Below the pieces are notes generated by a model, which was given only the letters and a program-made list of their open reading frames with translations, was not told the origin of the DNA and did not search any database. From Lingula anatina (lineage: Eukaryota; Animalia; Brachiopoda), in contig CM120640.1 of NCBI GenBank assembly GCA_051362555.1, forward strand, positions 71,856,974-71,920,973: a stretch of DNA of 64,000 bases, given 5' to 3'. Both the position numbers and the translations under genes were made by a program. This document shows, piece after piece, positions 23,001-52,407 of this stretch (positions within the stretch are counted from its first letter, which is position 1; each line of letters starts with the position of its first letter).

Positions 23001-24847
23001 CTTTTTCTTTTTTTGGTAAGACGCATACGAAATTGTCTTACCCCTAATTTCCATCAAAAGGGTTTCAAAAAATAGCTGATCATTTACCGTAAAATGGATT
23101 TCTCTGTCCGGTATATTTTGGAAGTTTTTTAAATTATATACAGGGGCAGCGTACTGTTTTTTAACCTCTATAATTTTACTTCTAATTGCTTCGATATATG
23201 TGATATCGTGCAGTAAGGAATTATTGAATTTCCAGAAGCCCCTACCCTTAACGTACGCGTGAAAGGTAAGTGACAGCACTACAGCCGAGTGATCAGTCCT
23301 ATAGCCGGGCTTAATATAACACGATTTAGTGCTACGTAACAAGATTTCTGAGGTTAAAAAGTAGTCTAGTCGAGCTTGCTGAAAGGGTGTGCGTCGTCGC
23401 CACGTATACTTATTAATATTCGGGTGTAACTGTCTATACGAATCAATGAGGTTATAACTCTCCTTCATTTCCAAAAGTTTGTTTCTGGCATTAGGGTTAT
23501 TTACATGTCTGTAGTTTTGATAGTCCTTGGCCGGATCTAGCACCAGATTAAAATCTCCACATATTATAATGTTTTCACACTCAAAAGTTTCTATATTGGT
23601 AAAAAGGGAGTCAAAAAATTCAGGTTTATCCGTATTAGGGCCGTATACCGAACAGATGAGAACTTTCCTATTTTCTATTAGTGCCTCGAGTAGAATGTAG
23701 TTTCCATTTTCGTCTCGTTTCTCTTTAATTGGTTTAAATTCAAAATTATTATTTATCAGTATACCTACTCCCCTACTATTTGACTTATAAGAGCTGAAGA
23801 AACAATCAAAGCCCCACATATTTCTTACTTCGTTCTCCATTTCTTTCGTGAAATGACTATCTTGAATGCAGTATATATTATGTGTATAGGTTGATTTAAT
23901 AACACACGGAGACAAGTGGATAAGAGAGGCAAAACTGCCCTCTGGCTATGTACCACCATTAAATTTAAAAAAAAGATCATTATCTTATGCTTCACTTCTA
24001 GTAAAACACCAAAATTATGATGGGATGAATGTTTTTGTGAATGGTTCAATCACTCCAAAATTTTACTTAAGTTTTAACTTTAAATAGATATCATTATGGT
24101 AATCATCATTATTATACCTATCTGCTCTTTGTCCCTGAGAAGGACCTCTTTTGAGCGCTGAACCTCTTCATAGAGTGTAGCCAACTTCTCTCTGCCTTCC
24201 TTTAATAGAGGCTCCTTGGACAGGTTGTAATCAGCCAAGCTCTTATTGCTGGCTAGTAACATCTCCCTGTCTACCTGGATGTTCTTTACCTGAAGGTAGC
24301 CAATACAGAATGTAGGTAACATTTTATATATAACATCTCCCTGTCTACCTGGATGTTCTTTACCTGAAGGTAGCCAATACAGGATGAAGGTAACATCTTA
24401 TCTATAACATGTAAAGTTTTTTTTTAACCTGGTACATACCTGATGTTGATATTTCCATTGGAGCTTATAGCAAAATGGTTCTTGTTATGCAGACAGCCCT
24501 TCATGTCAAGCCCTGAACTCTGATTGATTTCTCATATATATTATTTTAATAGCATCTCTCTGTCATTTAGCCTGTTTTTTAAGGCAGGTTATTTTGTCAG
24601 AAATAATGAAATACCAAACCATACAAAACAGGAACATTTGAGAGAGAGAGAAGGAGAGAGAGGGATGATGAGCAATCACCTGTTGTAGATCATTAGTGAG
24701 GTCATGAAGTTTTTCTTCACTGTCAAGAAGCCCTTGTAGCTGTTGTGTGTCCATGTATTGTATTAAGGCAGTTGCCTCTTCATAGTTGGGCTCATACTTA
24801 GCCACACTGGATACCCTCTGGAGGGTGTTGGCTGCTCCTATGGGCAT
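18637..24847 (-). CDS. VPS37: Vacuolar protein sorting 37 (VPS37B/C-like ESCRT-I subunit, Mod(r) domain), ~221 aa
   Basis: Exons 24847-24680, 24289-24118, 19485-19403 and 18879-18637 join in frame with GT-AG ends. Motifs: REMLLASNKSLADYNL, LLQTEAAKSEEETEKMAEEFLDG, F..ERTVAHLRRIKAEKM, and a Pro/Tyr-rich tail. A probable non-coding exon 1 ends at 27286 (gtaagt donor on the - strand). Confidence 0.92.
19527..19991. repeat. (TA)n and compound (CA)n microsatellites
   Basis: TA run to ~19602; CA-rich tract at 19688-19991. Confidence 0.95.
20046..23880 (-). mobile_element. 5'-truncated L1/Tx1-clade LINE with poly(A) tail and TSD, inside a VPS37 intron
   Basis: A ~42-nt poly(A) (T-run 20046-20087) follows an AATAAA. 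TSD TGTGTATAGGTTGA(TTT) at 20032-20048 and 23881-23897. The target reads TT|AAAT on the element strand. Confidence 0.95.
20220..23880 (-). pseudogene. L1/Tx1 ORF2 (APE endonuclease, RT, zf-RVT); uninterrupted but missing its N-terminus
   Basis: Motifs YGPN, GDFN, RLDYF, TDH, WKFN, KSPGTDG, NWRPISLL, DFEKAFD, RQGDPLSP, YADD and CSLC..ETTEHLFWNC. The predicted start at 23915 lies in flanking host DNA beyond the TSD. Confidence 0.92.
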
Positions 24848-24915
24848 TGTCTGTAAAATATATGTTCAGTTATACCATAAAGTTTTCTCTACTTCTATGG
24901 TTATACATACTAGTA

Positions 24916-24966
<51 letters not shown>

Positions 24967-25172
24967 GCAGCAAAGTTGCTTATTTCCATATTTGACACTT
25001 TATTATACAATAAAGATAACACTTTTTGTTAGTTTGCAGGTGAAATTGTTCATGAGAAAATAAGAAAATTAAAAATATGTATTTTACCATCCAATAATTA
25101 CCCTATAAAAACTATTTAAGTCTGATATTTGGTGATTTTTTAAACATCATTCTTTTTAGTATACACAAAAAG

Positions 25173-26658
25173 GGGGTCATGCCGATACTCCCCCGCACCG
25201 TTACTCCCCCGCACCGTTACTCCCCCGCACCGATACTCCCCCGCACCGATACTCCCCCTTAGTAAATTTTTGCATTATGCACATCGATACGACCCCACAC
25301 CGATAGATCCCGGCATCGATAAACCCCCTGTAAAATTGCCGTTATACGCGCACCGTTACTCCTCAGCACCGATACTCCCCGGTGTTGTTGTTTCCCCGCA
25401 CCGTTACTCCCCCGCACCGATACTCCCCCGCATCATTACTCCCCCTATGCAATTTTGCCGAAACTGAGGATCGAGTAACAGAGTCAACCCTCCATTTAAT
25501 TATACAGGTTAGGGTCAGTCTAGGTAAGTGGATCAAAATCTACGACCCGTTTAAGTCCAAATTTTGCGGAGAATCTCATGTACCACACAAGTCCTTTATG
25601 CGAAATTTTGAGTTCGCACGTATGTAAGCACGTACGGAGGATATTGAACATTTCCAATAGATTCTAGGAATAATCTGCGAACAGCGAGGCCGCAAGCGTA
25701 ATTTGCTCCCTTTCTAAGGAGTTTGCGATTGGTTTGCAAGTGAGACTTGCCTGGTCCAAGATGCACGCCGCAAGAAATGAAGGAGAAAGAGCCCTTTACG
25801 TGTTGAGTACGGCGCACGCCCTCACATCTATAACGAACAAAATCGAAAACACGACGGGACTGCGAGTATAAAAGGCGTGCTCACGACGCATGCTCGTGTC
25901 TCGACAATTTCGTTGTGCAACAATTTTCAAAATTTTTGAATTTTGCTCAATTCGGATTCTAATCTAATTCAGATTCAAAAGACAAGGGAAAGAAGCTTAA
26001 AGAGCAGAAAAGAAGGTTGGAGGAAAAAGACAGAAAACGAAGCGCTTTAGCACTTCTTTTTTATTACTTAATTAATAATTTTACGAATTCATCGTTGCCT
26101 GAAAAAAAAATAGCTGCGTTATCTTAGATTAAAACTAACTTTGCCTTAAGTTAATAAAAAATAAATAAATAAATAAATAAAAGGCCGTACAATATATATA
26201 CAGTAACTACTGAGTACAGTAGAAGAACGAAATTAATTTTGCAAAAACATTTCTCAAAAATCACAAGGAAGAGCTGTAGACCTACGTACTGTCAAGCTGC
26301 ACACTAAGTCTGAGATTGACTTCGTGTAACGTTCTTTATTTTTCCTAATATATTTCGAATAAAATTAGTCAATTCTGGGTCCCAAGAGGGTGGTGCATCT
26401 TGAAAAAAAAAAAGCATTACAGAAAGTGTTGTAAATTACGAATGGGGTTTACAAAGCCAAGGGAATCTATGCCTTGGGGGAGTAGTCTTTTTGCGGAGTA
26501 GCGGTACGCGGGAGTATCAGTGCGGGGGAGTATCGGTGCAGGGATGTAAAGAAGCGGGGGAGTATCGGTGCGGGGGAGTATCGGTGCGGGGATATAAAGA
26601 AGTTGGGGAGTATCGGTGCGGGGGAGTATCGGTGCCGGGGGAGTATAGGTACGTAGCC
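25173..26658. mobile_element. Non-autonomous MULE/foldback-like element, 1.49 kb
   Basis: 9-bp TSD CACAAAAAG at 25164-25172 and 26659-26667. GG...CC termini. Subterminal 17-bp repeats CCGATACTCCCCCGCA on the left are inverted on the right. Confidence 0.88.
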
Positions 26659-27285
26659 CACAAAAAGTGCCAATGTCTCCTCCATTTTGCATACTTCTAG
26701 ATAAAAGCCATATACTCAAATAAAATAAGATTTATTAATTTTTGTCAAATTGTGGGAGGAGTCAAAATTTCATGGGGGGAGTCAGATTTTCATTATGAAA
26801 TTTTGACTCTGGGAATCAGATTTTCATGTTACTCCAGGGTATGTGTGTAGTATATGTGTGTTCTAATGCGACATGTCAAATTTAATGCCTTAAAATAAAA
26901 TAAGACGTTTATTTGTCATATCCTCTATTTTGACACTTTACTACATGGACAGTCCCCTAACTACTATTTTATTCTGAATTCTTATTATGTAGCTGATCAA
27001 AAACAAGAAACAGTAGAGTGTTACTGTTGTCTTGCCTCGTTTTTCAGTCTAACTTGCTGCTTAGCATATTTTGATTATTTAGTACTGTAAATGTAATGCA
27101 GAAAACTGAGCCTGAGGCAAGGTGCGAATGTTGTTGAACTTACAGGCGGTAAAAATAAAATAAAGGTAATTTAGCCTCCTTTACATCGTTAATAAACAAG
27201 CATTTTCCACTGTCTTAACGCTGAAATTGGTGGGTATATATGCGATCTAAACAGATATAGAGAGGCCAACGGTATTAGTACTTAC

Positions 27286-27846
27286 TGGCTGACGAAAACT
27301 TTCACTTTACTTAGTCTGGCGTTCACTTCCTCACAGTTGTTTTCGTAACCGGAAGTCAGAAATTGACTCAAGATAAGCCGTGTTTATTTTCTTTTAACAG
27401 TAAATTATATTTTATTTTCGTAAAAAAAGGCAAGTATTTTCATAAAACTGGGCCTGTATGTTGATTTTCTCCTTACACTGCCTAATTAGGCATACGATGT
27501 AAACTTGTCTTGTCTTGAACTAAGAACAGCCTAAATTGTCCAATCACATTTTGTTTTCAACACACACCTCCGAAGCTGATCGCGGATGGATACTAAATAT
27601 GCCCAATCTTTTATTTTATTGATCATTATATGAATAGTAGTTACGTCATTTCCACAAAATATTTTTAAAATGTTGACCCTTAATCTGTCAATAAAACTGT
27701 GATTAAAATATACTTCATTTGTTTGGATTCTATGTTGCATTGCGTCAGTACACAATCTAAGCGGCGAAGAAACCAACATCCGGTAACAGGTGACACGAAA
27801 CCAAGATTCATTTTTATCAAAATTGTTGCACCCAGAAGCTTGCAAG
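27286..27846. promoter_or_regulatory. Head-to-head (bidirectional) promoter region of VPS37 and AACS
   Basis: Divergent 5' ends lie ~0.5 kb apart. ETS-type CCGGAAGT at 27349-27356 and CATCCGG near 27777. CpG content is locally raised. TSSs are inferred. Confidence 0.6.
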
Positions 27847-44810
<16,964 letters not shown>

Positions 44811-45159
44811 ATATGTGCTCATATGGAGAACATTATTTTATGCTAAATTTACTTTATCTATTGAAAGGGCATCTCAGAATGTTTTCATTAATCTCAGTTT
44901 GTCGGGTCTATATAGGTCTATATACATACATTATTTGCTACAGATATACCTCACATGGGAAAGGGATTGTCAGTTAAGTTAAGCTTTTTCCAACAGAAAT
45001 GCAGTGGAATTACTAAAGGTCTTTCTGTAAATTTTAACATAAGTAAATAGCTTGTCTTATATCAGCTGTTAAGATTTATTTACCTTCTAAGTTATAGGGG
45101 TAAAATAATCCATTATGAGTGTGATACCAGAAGCATGGGCTTGACAGTTTGATGTTATA

Positions 45160-46722
45160 TTATGACTCTTGTTGTTTCATCCTTAGCTTATCACAACAAT
45201 GTGTGACAGTTGTTTATGATTGTTGGGTCATCCCTACCTTATCTCAACAATGTGTGACAGTTGTTTATGATTGTTGTTTCATCCCTACCTTATCTCAACA
45301 ATGTGTGACAGTTGTTTATGATTGTTGTATCATCCCTACCTTATCTCAACAATGTGTGACAGTTGTTTATGATTGTTGTTTCATACCTACCTTATCTCAA
45401 CAATGTGTGACAGTTGTTTATGATTGTTGGGTCATCCCTAGATTATCTCAACAATGTGTGACAGTTGTTTATGATTGTTGGGTCATCCCTAGATTATCTC
45501 AACAATGTTTGACAGTTGTTTATGATTGTTGTTTCAGCCCTACCTTATCTCAACAATGTGTGACAGTTCTTTATGATTGTTGTTTCATCCCTACCTTATC
45601 TCAACAATGTTTGACAGTTGTTTATGATTGTTGGGTCATCCCTAGATTATCTCAACAATGTGTGACAGTTGTTTATGATTGTTGTTTCATCCCTACCTTA
45701 TCACAACAATGCGTGACAGTTGTTTATGATTGTTGTTTCATCCTCATCCCTACCTTATCACAACAATGTGTGACAGTTGTTTATGATTGTTGTTTCATCC
45801 CTACCTTATCTCAACAATGTGTGACAGTTGTTTATGATTGTTGTTTCATCCCTACCTTATCTCAACAATGTGTGACAGTTGTTTATGATTGTTGTTTCAT
45901 CCCTACCTTATCTCAACAATGTTTGACAGTTGTTTATGATTGTTGTTTCATCCCTACCTTATTACAACAATGTGTGACAGTTGTTTATGATTGTTGTTTC
46001 ATCCCTACCTTATCTCAACAATGTTTGACAGTTGTTTATGATTGTTGTTTCATCCCTACCTTATCTCAACAATGTGTGACAGTTGTTTATGATTGTTGTA
46101 TCATCCCTACCTTATCTCAACAATGTGTGACAGTTGTTTATGATTGTTGTTTCATACCTACCTTATCTCAACAATGTGTGACAGTTGTTTATGATTGTTG
46201 GGTCATCCCTAGATTATCTCAACAATGTGTGACAGTTGTTTATGATTGTTGTTTCATCCCTACCTTATTACAACAATGTGTGACAGTTGTTTATGATTGT
46301 TGTTTCATCCCTACCTTATCTCAACAATGTTTGACAGTTGTTTATGATTGTTGTTTCATCCCTACCTTATCTCAACAATGTTTGACAGTTGTTTATGATT
46401 GTTGTTTCATCCCTACCTTATTACAACAATGTGTGACAGTTGTTTATGATTGTTGTTTCATCCCTACCTTATCACAACAATGTGTGACAGTTGTTTTTGA
46501 TTGTTGTTTCATCCCTAGCTTATCACAACCACATGTGACAGTTGTTTATGTATGGAGTGTCATCCCTACCTTATCACAACCACATGTGACAGTTGTTAAT
46601 GTATGGAGTGTCATCCCTACCTTATCACAACCACATGTGACAGTTGTTAATGTATGGAGTGTTATCCCTACCTTATCACAACCACATGTGACAGTTGTTA
46701 ATATATGGAATGTTATCCCTAG
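45160..46722. repeat. 51-bp minisatellite, ~30 copies, downstream of the AACS stop
   Basis: The unit translates as LSQQCVTVVYDCCFIPT and explains ORF 45149..46780. Confidence 0.96.
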
Positions 46723-47739
46723 CCAAACCTACTGGATACCAAAGTCCACAGTCAATAACACCTGCTCCAGTGATAACTGAATAGTTGATATAAGATCCTA
46801 TAAAACTATTTACTGTGATATTATAATATGTAGTAGTAGCTACCATGCATCTACATTAAAGATGCATACAAAGGCAATTTTTTGTCACAAAAACCATCCA
46901 AATGCCAGCATATAGTTTCAAGTAGTATTACTAAGAGAATTACCAAAAGGCATTGTTTAATTTTACCCGAAAATGATGTTTGAATCGAATTTTTTTGCTG
47001 GCATTCTAAACTGTATGTCAATGGGGCAGGAAAGTAGGTCACGAAAGTAGGTTAAATTTACAACCAAATATTTAAAGAAAGTAGCAGTCTAAAGGTCTTT
47101 TATGGCTGATCAAGTGATCTATTCAGTTTATCCCTTGGCATGTCGAATTTATTTGAGTCGTATAAGAATCTAGTAGAAGTGGTTTACTGGGAATCCACGC
47201 TCCACCGATGCTCGGTTCTTATGTACCTTTAAGCTCTTTGGGTGTGGATTGCAGAGATCATAATTAAAATGTTACCACATGTTCACCCTCATGGTGAATT
47301 TTTTTTTTACTTTTTTTTATTTTTCATGCATTTATTAATTTTATTTGTTTGTTTTTAGAAATTTATTTTGCGTATTTATATTGACTTTATTAATATATAA
47401 TAAAAATGGCTAAATTTTAGATCAACATAACCTATTTCAGAGGTGAACACTTATCTGTCTCTACCTATATGAAACTTGATACAGAAGAATTCTCATGAAA
47501 ATCTAGACTACAGTATATGTTGGTTTTGAGGTGTCTGATAATTAATTATGTACAGGACAATATACTAGGGTAACACATTCCATAGATAATTATTTGTTAC
47601 ATTTTATTTCCAAAAATTTATGGTAAAAATAAAAGATTAAAGGAACAATTTAATAAACAATTTATTCCAATAACAGTGTTGTTACAGTGTTGATCGGGTG
47701 TGTTAATTCATGAATAATCTATTTTACTGGCCAGGGTAC

Positions 47740-49404
47740 ATTTTATCCATGGGGACTCTCACTGAATGCAGTCAGATAAACAGATTAACATGTCTCCTCC
47801 TGACAATTGAGTTTTATCCATGGGGACTCTCTCTGAATGCAATCAGATAAACAGATTAACATGCCTCCTGACATTGAGTTTTATCCATGGGGACTCTCAC
47901 TGAATGCAATCAGATAAACAGATTAACATGCCTCCTCCTGACATTGAGTTTTATCCATGGGGACTCTCACTGAATGCCATCAGATAAACAGATTAACATG
48001 CCTCCTCCTGACATTGAGTTTTATCCATGGGGACTCTCACTGAATGCAATCAGATAAACAGATTAACATGCCTCCTCCTGACATTGAGTTTTATCCATGG
48101 GGACTCTCACTGAATGCAATCAGATAAACAGATTAACATGTCTCCTCCTGACATTGAGTTTTATCCATGGGGACTCTCACTGAATGCAGTCAGATAAACA
48201 GATTAACATGTCTCCTCCTGACATTGAGTTTTATCCATGGGGACTCTCACTGAATGCAATCAGATAAACAGATTAACATGCCTCCTCCTGACATTGAGTT
48301 TTATCCATGGGGACTCTCACTGAATGCAATCAGATAAACAGATTAACATGTCTCCTCCTGACACTGAGTTTTATCCATGGGGACTCTCACTGAATGCAAT
48401 CAGATAAACAGATTAACATGCCTCCTCCTGACACTGAGTTTTATCCATGGGGACTCTCACTGAATGCAGTCAGATAAACAGATTAACATGCCTCCTCCTG
48501 ACATTGAGTTTTATCCATGGGGACTCTCACTGAGTGCAATCAGATAAACAGATTAACATGTCTCCTCCTGACACTGAGTTTTATCCATGGGGACTCTCAC
48601 TGAATGCAATCAGATAAACAGATTAACATGCCTCCTCCTGACACTGAGTTTTATCCATGGGGACTCTCACTGAATGCAGTCAGATAAACAGATTAACATG
48701 CCTCCTCCTGACACTGAGTTTTATCCATGGGGACTCTCACTGAATGCAGTCAGATAAACAGATTAACATGCCTCCTCCTGACACTGAGTTTTATCCATGG
48801 GGACTCTCACTGAATGCAGTCAGATAAACAGATTAACATGTCTCCTCCTGACATTGAGTTTTATCCATGGGGACTCTCACTGAATGCAGTCAGATAAACA
48901 GATTAACATGTCTCCTCCTGACATTGAGTTTTATCCATGGGGACTCTCACTGAATGCAGTCAGATAAGCAGATTAACATGTCTCCTCCTGACATTGAGTT
49001 TTATCCATGGGGACTCTCACTGAATGCAGTCAGATAAGCAGATTAACATGCCTCCTCCTGACATTGAGTTTTATCCATGGGGACTCTCACTGAATGCAGT
49101 CAGATAAGCAGATTAACATGCCTCCTCCTGACATTGAGTTTTATCCATGGGGACTCTCACTGAATGCAATCAGTTAAGCAGATTAACATGCCTCCTCCTG
49201 ACATTGAGTTTTATCCATGGGGACTCTCACTGAATGCAATCAGATAAGCAGATTAACATGTCTCCTCCTGACATTGAGTTTTATCCATGGGGACTCTCAC
49301 TGAATGCAATCAGATAAACAGATTAACATGTCTCCTCCTGACATTGAGTTTTATCCATGGGGACTCTCACTGAATGCAATCAGATAAGCAGATTAACATG
49401 TCTC
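47740..49404. repeat. 70-bp minisatellite, ~24 copies
   Basis: ACATTGAGTTTTATCCATGGGGACTCTC at 47941, 48011, 48081 and onward. Confidence 0.96.
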
Positions 49405-51086
49405 AAGAGAAGACATGTTGTAGACGAGTACACTGGAAACAAGAGAAGACATGTAGACGAGTACATTGGAAACAAGAGAAGACATGTTGTAGACGAGTAC
49501 ACTGGAAACAAGAGAAGACATGTTGTAGACGAGTACACTGGAAACAAGAGAAGACATGTTGTAGACGAGTACACTGGAAACAAGACAAGACATGTTGTAG
49601 ACGAGTACACTGGAAACAAGAGAAGACATGTTGTAGACGAGTACACTGGAAACAAGAGAAGGCATGTTGTAGACGAGTACACTGGAAACAAGAGAAGACA
49701 TGTAGAGGAGTACACTGGAAACAAGAGAAGACATGTTGTAGACGAGTACACTGGAAACAAGAGAAAACATGTTGTAGACGAGTACACTGGAAACAAGAGA
49801 AGTCATGTTGTAGAGGAGTACACTGGAAAGAAGACATGTTGTAGACGAGTACACTGGAAACAAGAGAAGGCATGTTGTAGACGAGTACACTGGAAACAAG
49901 AGAAGACATGTTGTAGACGAGTACACTGGAAACAAGAGAAGGCATGTTGTAGACGAGTACACTGGAAACAAGAGAAGACATGTTGCAGACGAGTACACTG
50001 GAAACAAGAGAAGACATGTTGTAGACGAGTACACTGGAAACAAGAGAAGACATGTTGTAGACGAGTACACTGGAAACAAGAGAAGACATGTTGTAGAGGA
50101 GTACACTGGAAACAAGAGAAGACATGTTGTAGAGGAGTACACTGGAAACAAGAGAAGACATGTTGCAGAGGAGTACACTGGAAACAAGAGAAGGCATGTT
50201 GCAGAGGAGTACACTGGAAACAAGAGAAGACATGTTGCAGAGGAGTACACTGGAAACAAGAGAAGGCATGTTGTAGACGAGTACACTGGAAACAAGAGAA
50301 GACATGTTGTAGAGAAGTACACTGGAAACAAGAGAAGACATGTTGCAGAGGAGTACACTGGAAACAAGAGAAGGCATGTTGTAGACGAGTACACTGGAAA
50401 CAAGAGAAGACATGTTGTAGACGAGTACACTGGAAACAAGAGAAGGCATGTTGTAGACGAGTACACTGGAAACAAGAGAAGACATGTTGTAGACGAGTAC
50501 ACTGGAAACAAGAGAAGACATGTTGTAGACGAGTACACTGGAAACAAGAGAAGACATGTTGTAGACAAGAGAAGGCATGTTGTAGACGAGTACACTGGAA
50601 ACAAGAGAAGACATGTTGTAGAGGAGTACACTGGAAACAAGAGAAGACATGTTGTAGACGAGTACACTGGAAACAAGAGAAGACATGTTGTAGACGAGTA
50701 CACTGGAAACAAGAGAAGACATGTTGTAGACGAGTACACTGGAAACAAGAGAAGACATGTTGTAGAGGAGTACACTGGAAACAAGAGAAGACATGTTGTA
50801 GACGAGTACACTGGAAACAAGACAAGACATGTTGTAGACGAGTACACTGGAAACAAGAGAAGACATGTTGTAGACGAGTACACTGGAAACAAGAGAAGAC
50901 ATGTTGTAGACGAGTACACTGGAAACAAGAGAAGACATGTTGTAGACGAGTACACTGGAAACAAGACAAAACATGTTGTAGACGAGTACACTGGAAACAA
51001 GAGAAGACATGTTGTAGACGAGTACACTGGAAACAAGAGAAGACATGTTGTAGAGGAGTACACTGGAAACAAGAGAAGACATGTTA
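49405..51086. repeat. 36-bp minisatellite, ~47 copies
   Basis: Unit CAAGAGAAGACATGTTGTAGACGAGTACACTGGAAA. It is open in several frames and explains the 388-576 aa ORFs. Confidence 0.97.
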
Positions 51087-52407
51087 ATCTGAGGATCGTG
51101 TAGGTAGTACAATAGATTTACTGTGAAAACACCCTTAGTGAAAGTTGGAAAAATTCATTTGTGCAGTGGAATTACTGGTACTATTTGTTAATCCATGAAA
51201 GTGCATACTGATTTATTTTTATTTGTTTAAAGTAAATTCATTAAAGATTAAAAACAGTTCAGTGACAATTTCCCAAGGACTACTTTCCTTGGACAATCCT
51301 TGAGGACGATTTCCCTCTATTTCCCTTGAGCCATCTTCTCAGACAGAGCCACTGGTACCACTCCAACTTCCCAATGAGTGTAAGCAATGGGTGTAATCTT
51401 TATTGTGAATGTAGGCCTTTTCTGGTTGATTTATGTATAATTATGAGATGCATCAGCAAATGCATAAATATACTATTATTTAACCAGTTTATAGGATCAT
51501 ATAGTGGCTGGTGATATTTTATTTTCCTTGGGGAATTAACTTAAGGGGGACTTGTCTGAGAGCAGCCGTCTTGAAGGGATTGCCTTAAAACTGTACACAA
51601 TATCAATACTGTAACCTACATGCCTGATATTCTTTCATTTTTCATTAAAAATGCTTGAAGTTTACTAGTAAATGTTGGTGATCCATATGATTTCCCACTT
51701 ACTAATTAAGATTTCATCCTTGATGTGGTTCTGTTTAATGTAAAAATTTCCCACTTACTAATTAAGATTTCATCGTTGATGTGGTTCTGTAAAAATCCCC
51801 TGATATTTTATTCATTTAAAATTCCAATTATTTAAATCAGATACAGTTCATTTCAATTTTAATTTCAGTAACAGACTGAATACTGGATGCCTGATAATCT
51901 CAAGTAAAATAGCTTATATTGGTAATTGGTAATTTTTGCAGTGGTGATGATCTCCACAATAAATACCACACAATGGAAGCTGCTGTACGGTGTTAATTGA
52001 TCACTACTGTCGGTCATTTTGAATAGATACCATCTTAGAGCGCATTCACAACAGCGGACTAACTGATCCACGGATGAAATATGGCCGACCCACTTGAATG
52101 CTTGTTGCGTAATCCCCGCGGGGAATCTATTCAGTGACTAATCGGGACTAAAGCGGCAAGCTTTTTAGTGGGTCGCCGTATTTTATTTGCGGATCTGTTA
52201 CTCCGTTGTTCTGAATGCGTCTCCCGTAAAATAACATACAGGTATGTGTAAATGTTAATCAATTTAGTCATTGAACACTGAAGATTTATCTGGTCTCCAA
52301 AAGAATGTATGTAAGGCAGTAAATAAGGAATTTTTGGCAAAGGCTTACAGCATCCTTAAATCTAGACTAAAAATAGGCCTTTCTGACAATTTCTTCCATA
52401 AGACAAA

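Noticed and set aside
23881-23915. Predicted start of the 1231-aa L1 ORF2
   Set aside because: It lies in the TSD and host flank. The element is 5'-truncated at 23880.
26750-26840. GGAGTCAAAATTTCAT short repeats resembling a transposon end
   Set aside because: I could not identify a matching second end or a TSD.
45149-46780. 543-aa Cys-rich repeat protein
   Set aside because: The 51-bp unit is a multiple of 3 and stop-free by chance. There is no signal peptide or unique domain. Not formally excluded without RNA or proteomic data.
49357-51112. 388-576 aa ORFs on both strands
   Set aside because: A 36-bp satellite open in most frames, with frame switches at unit indels.
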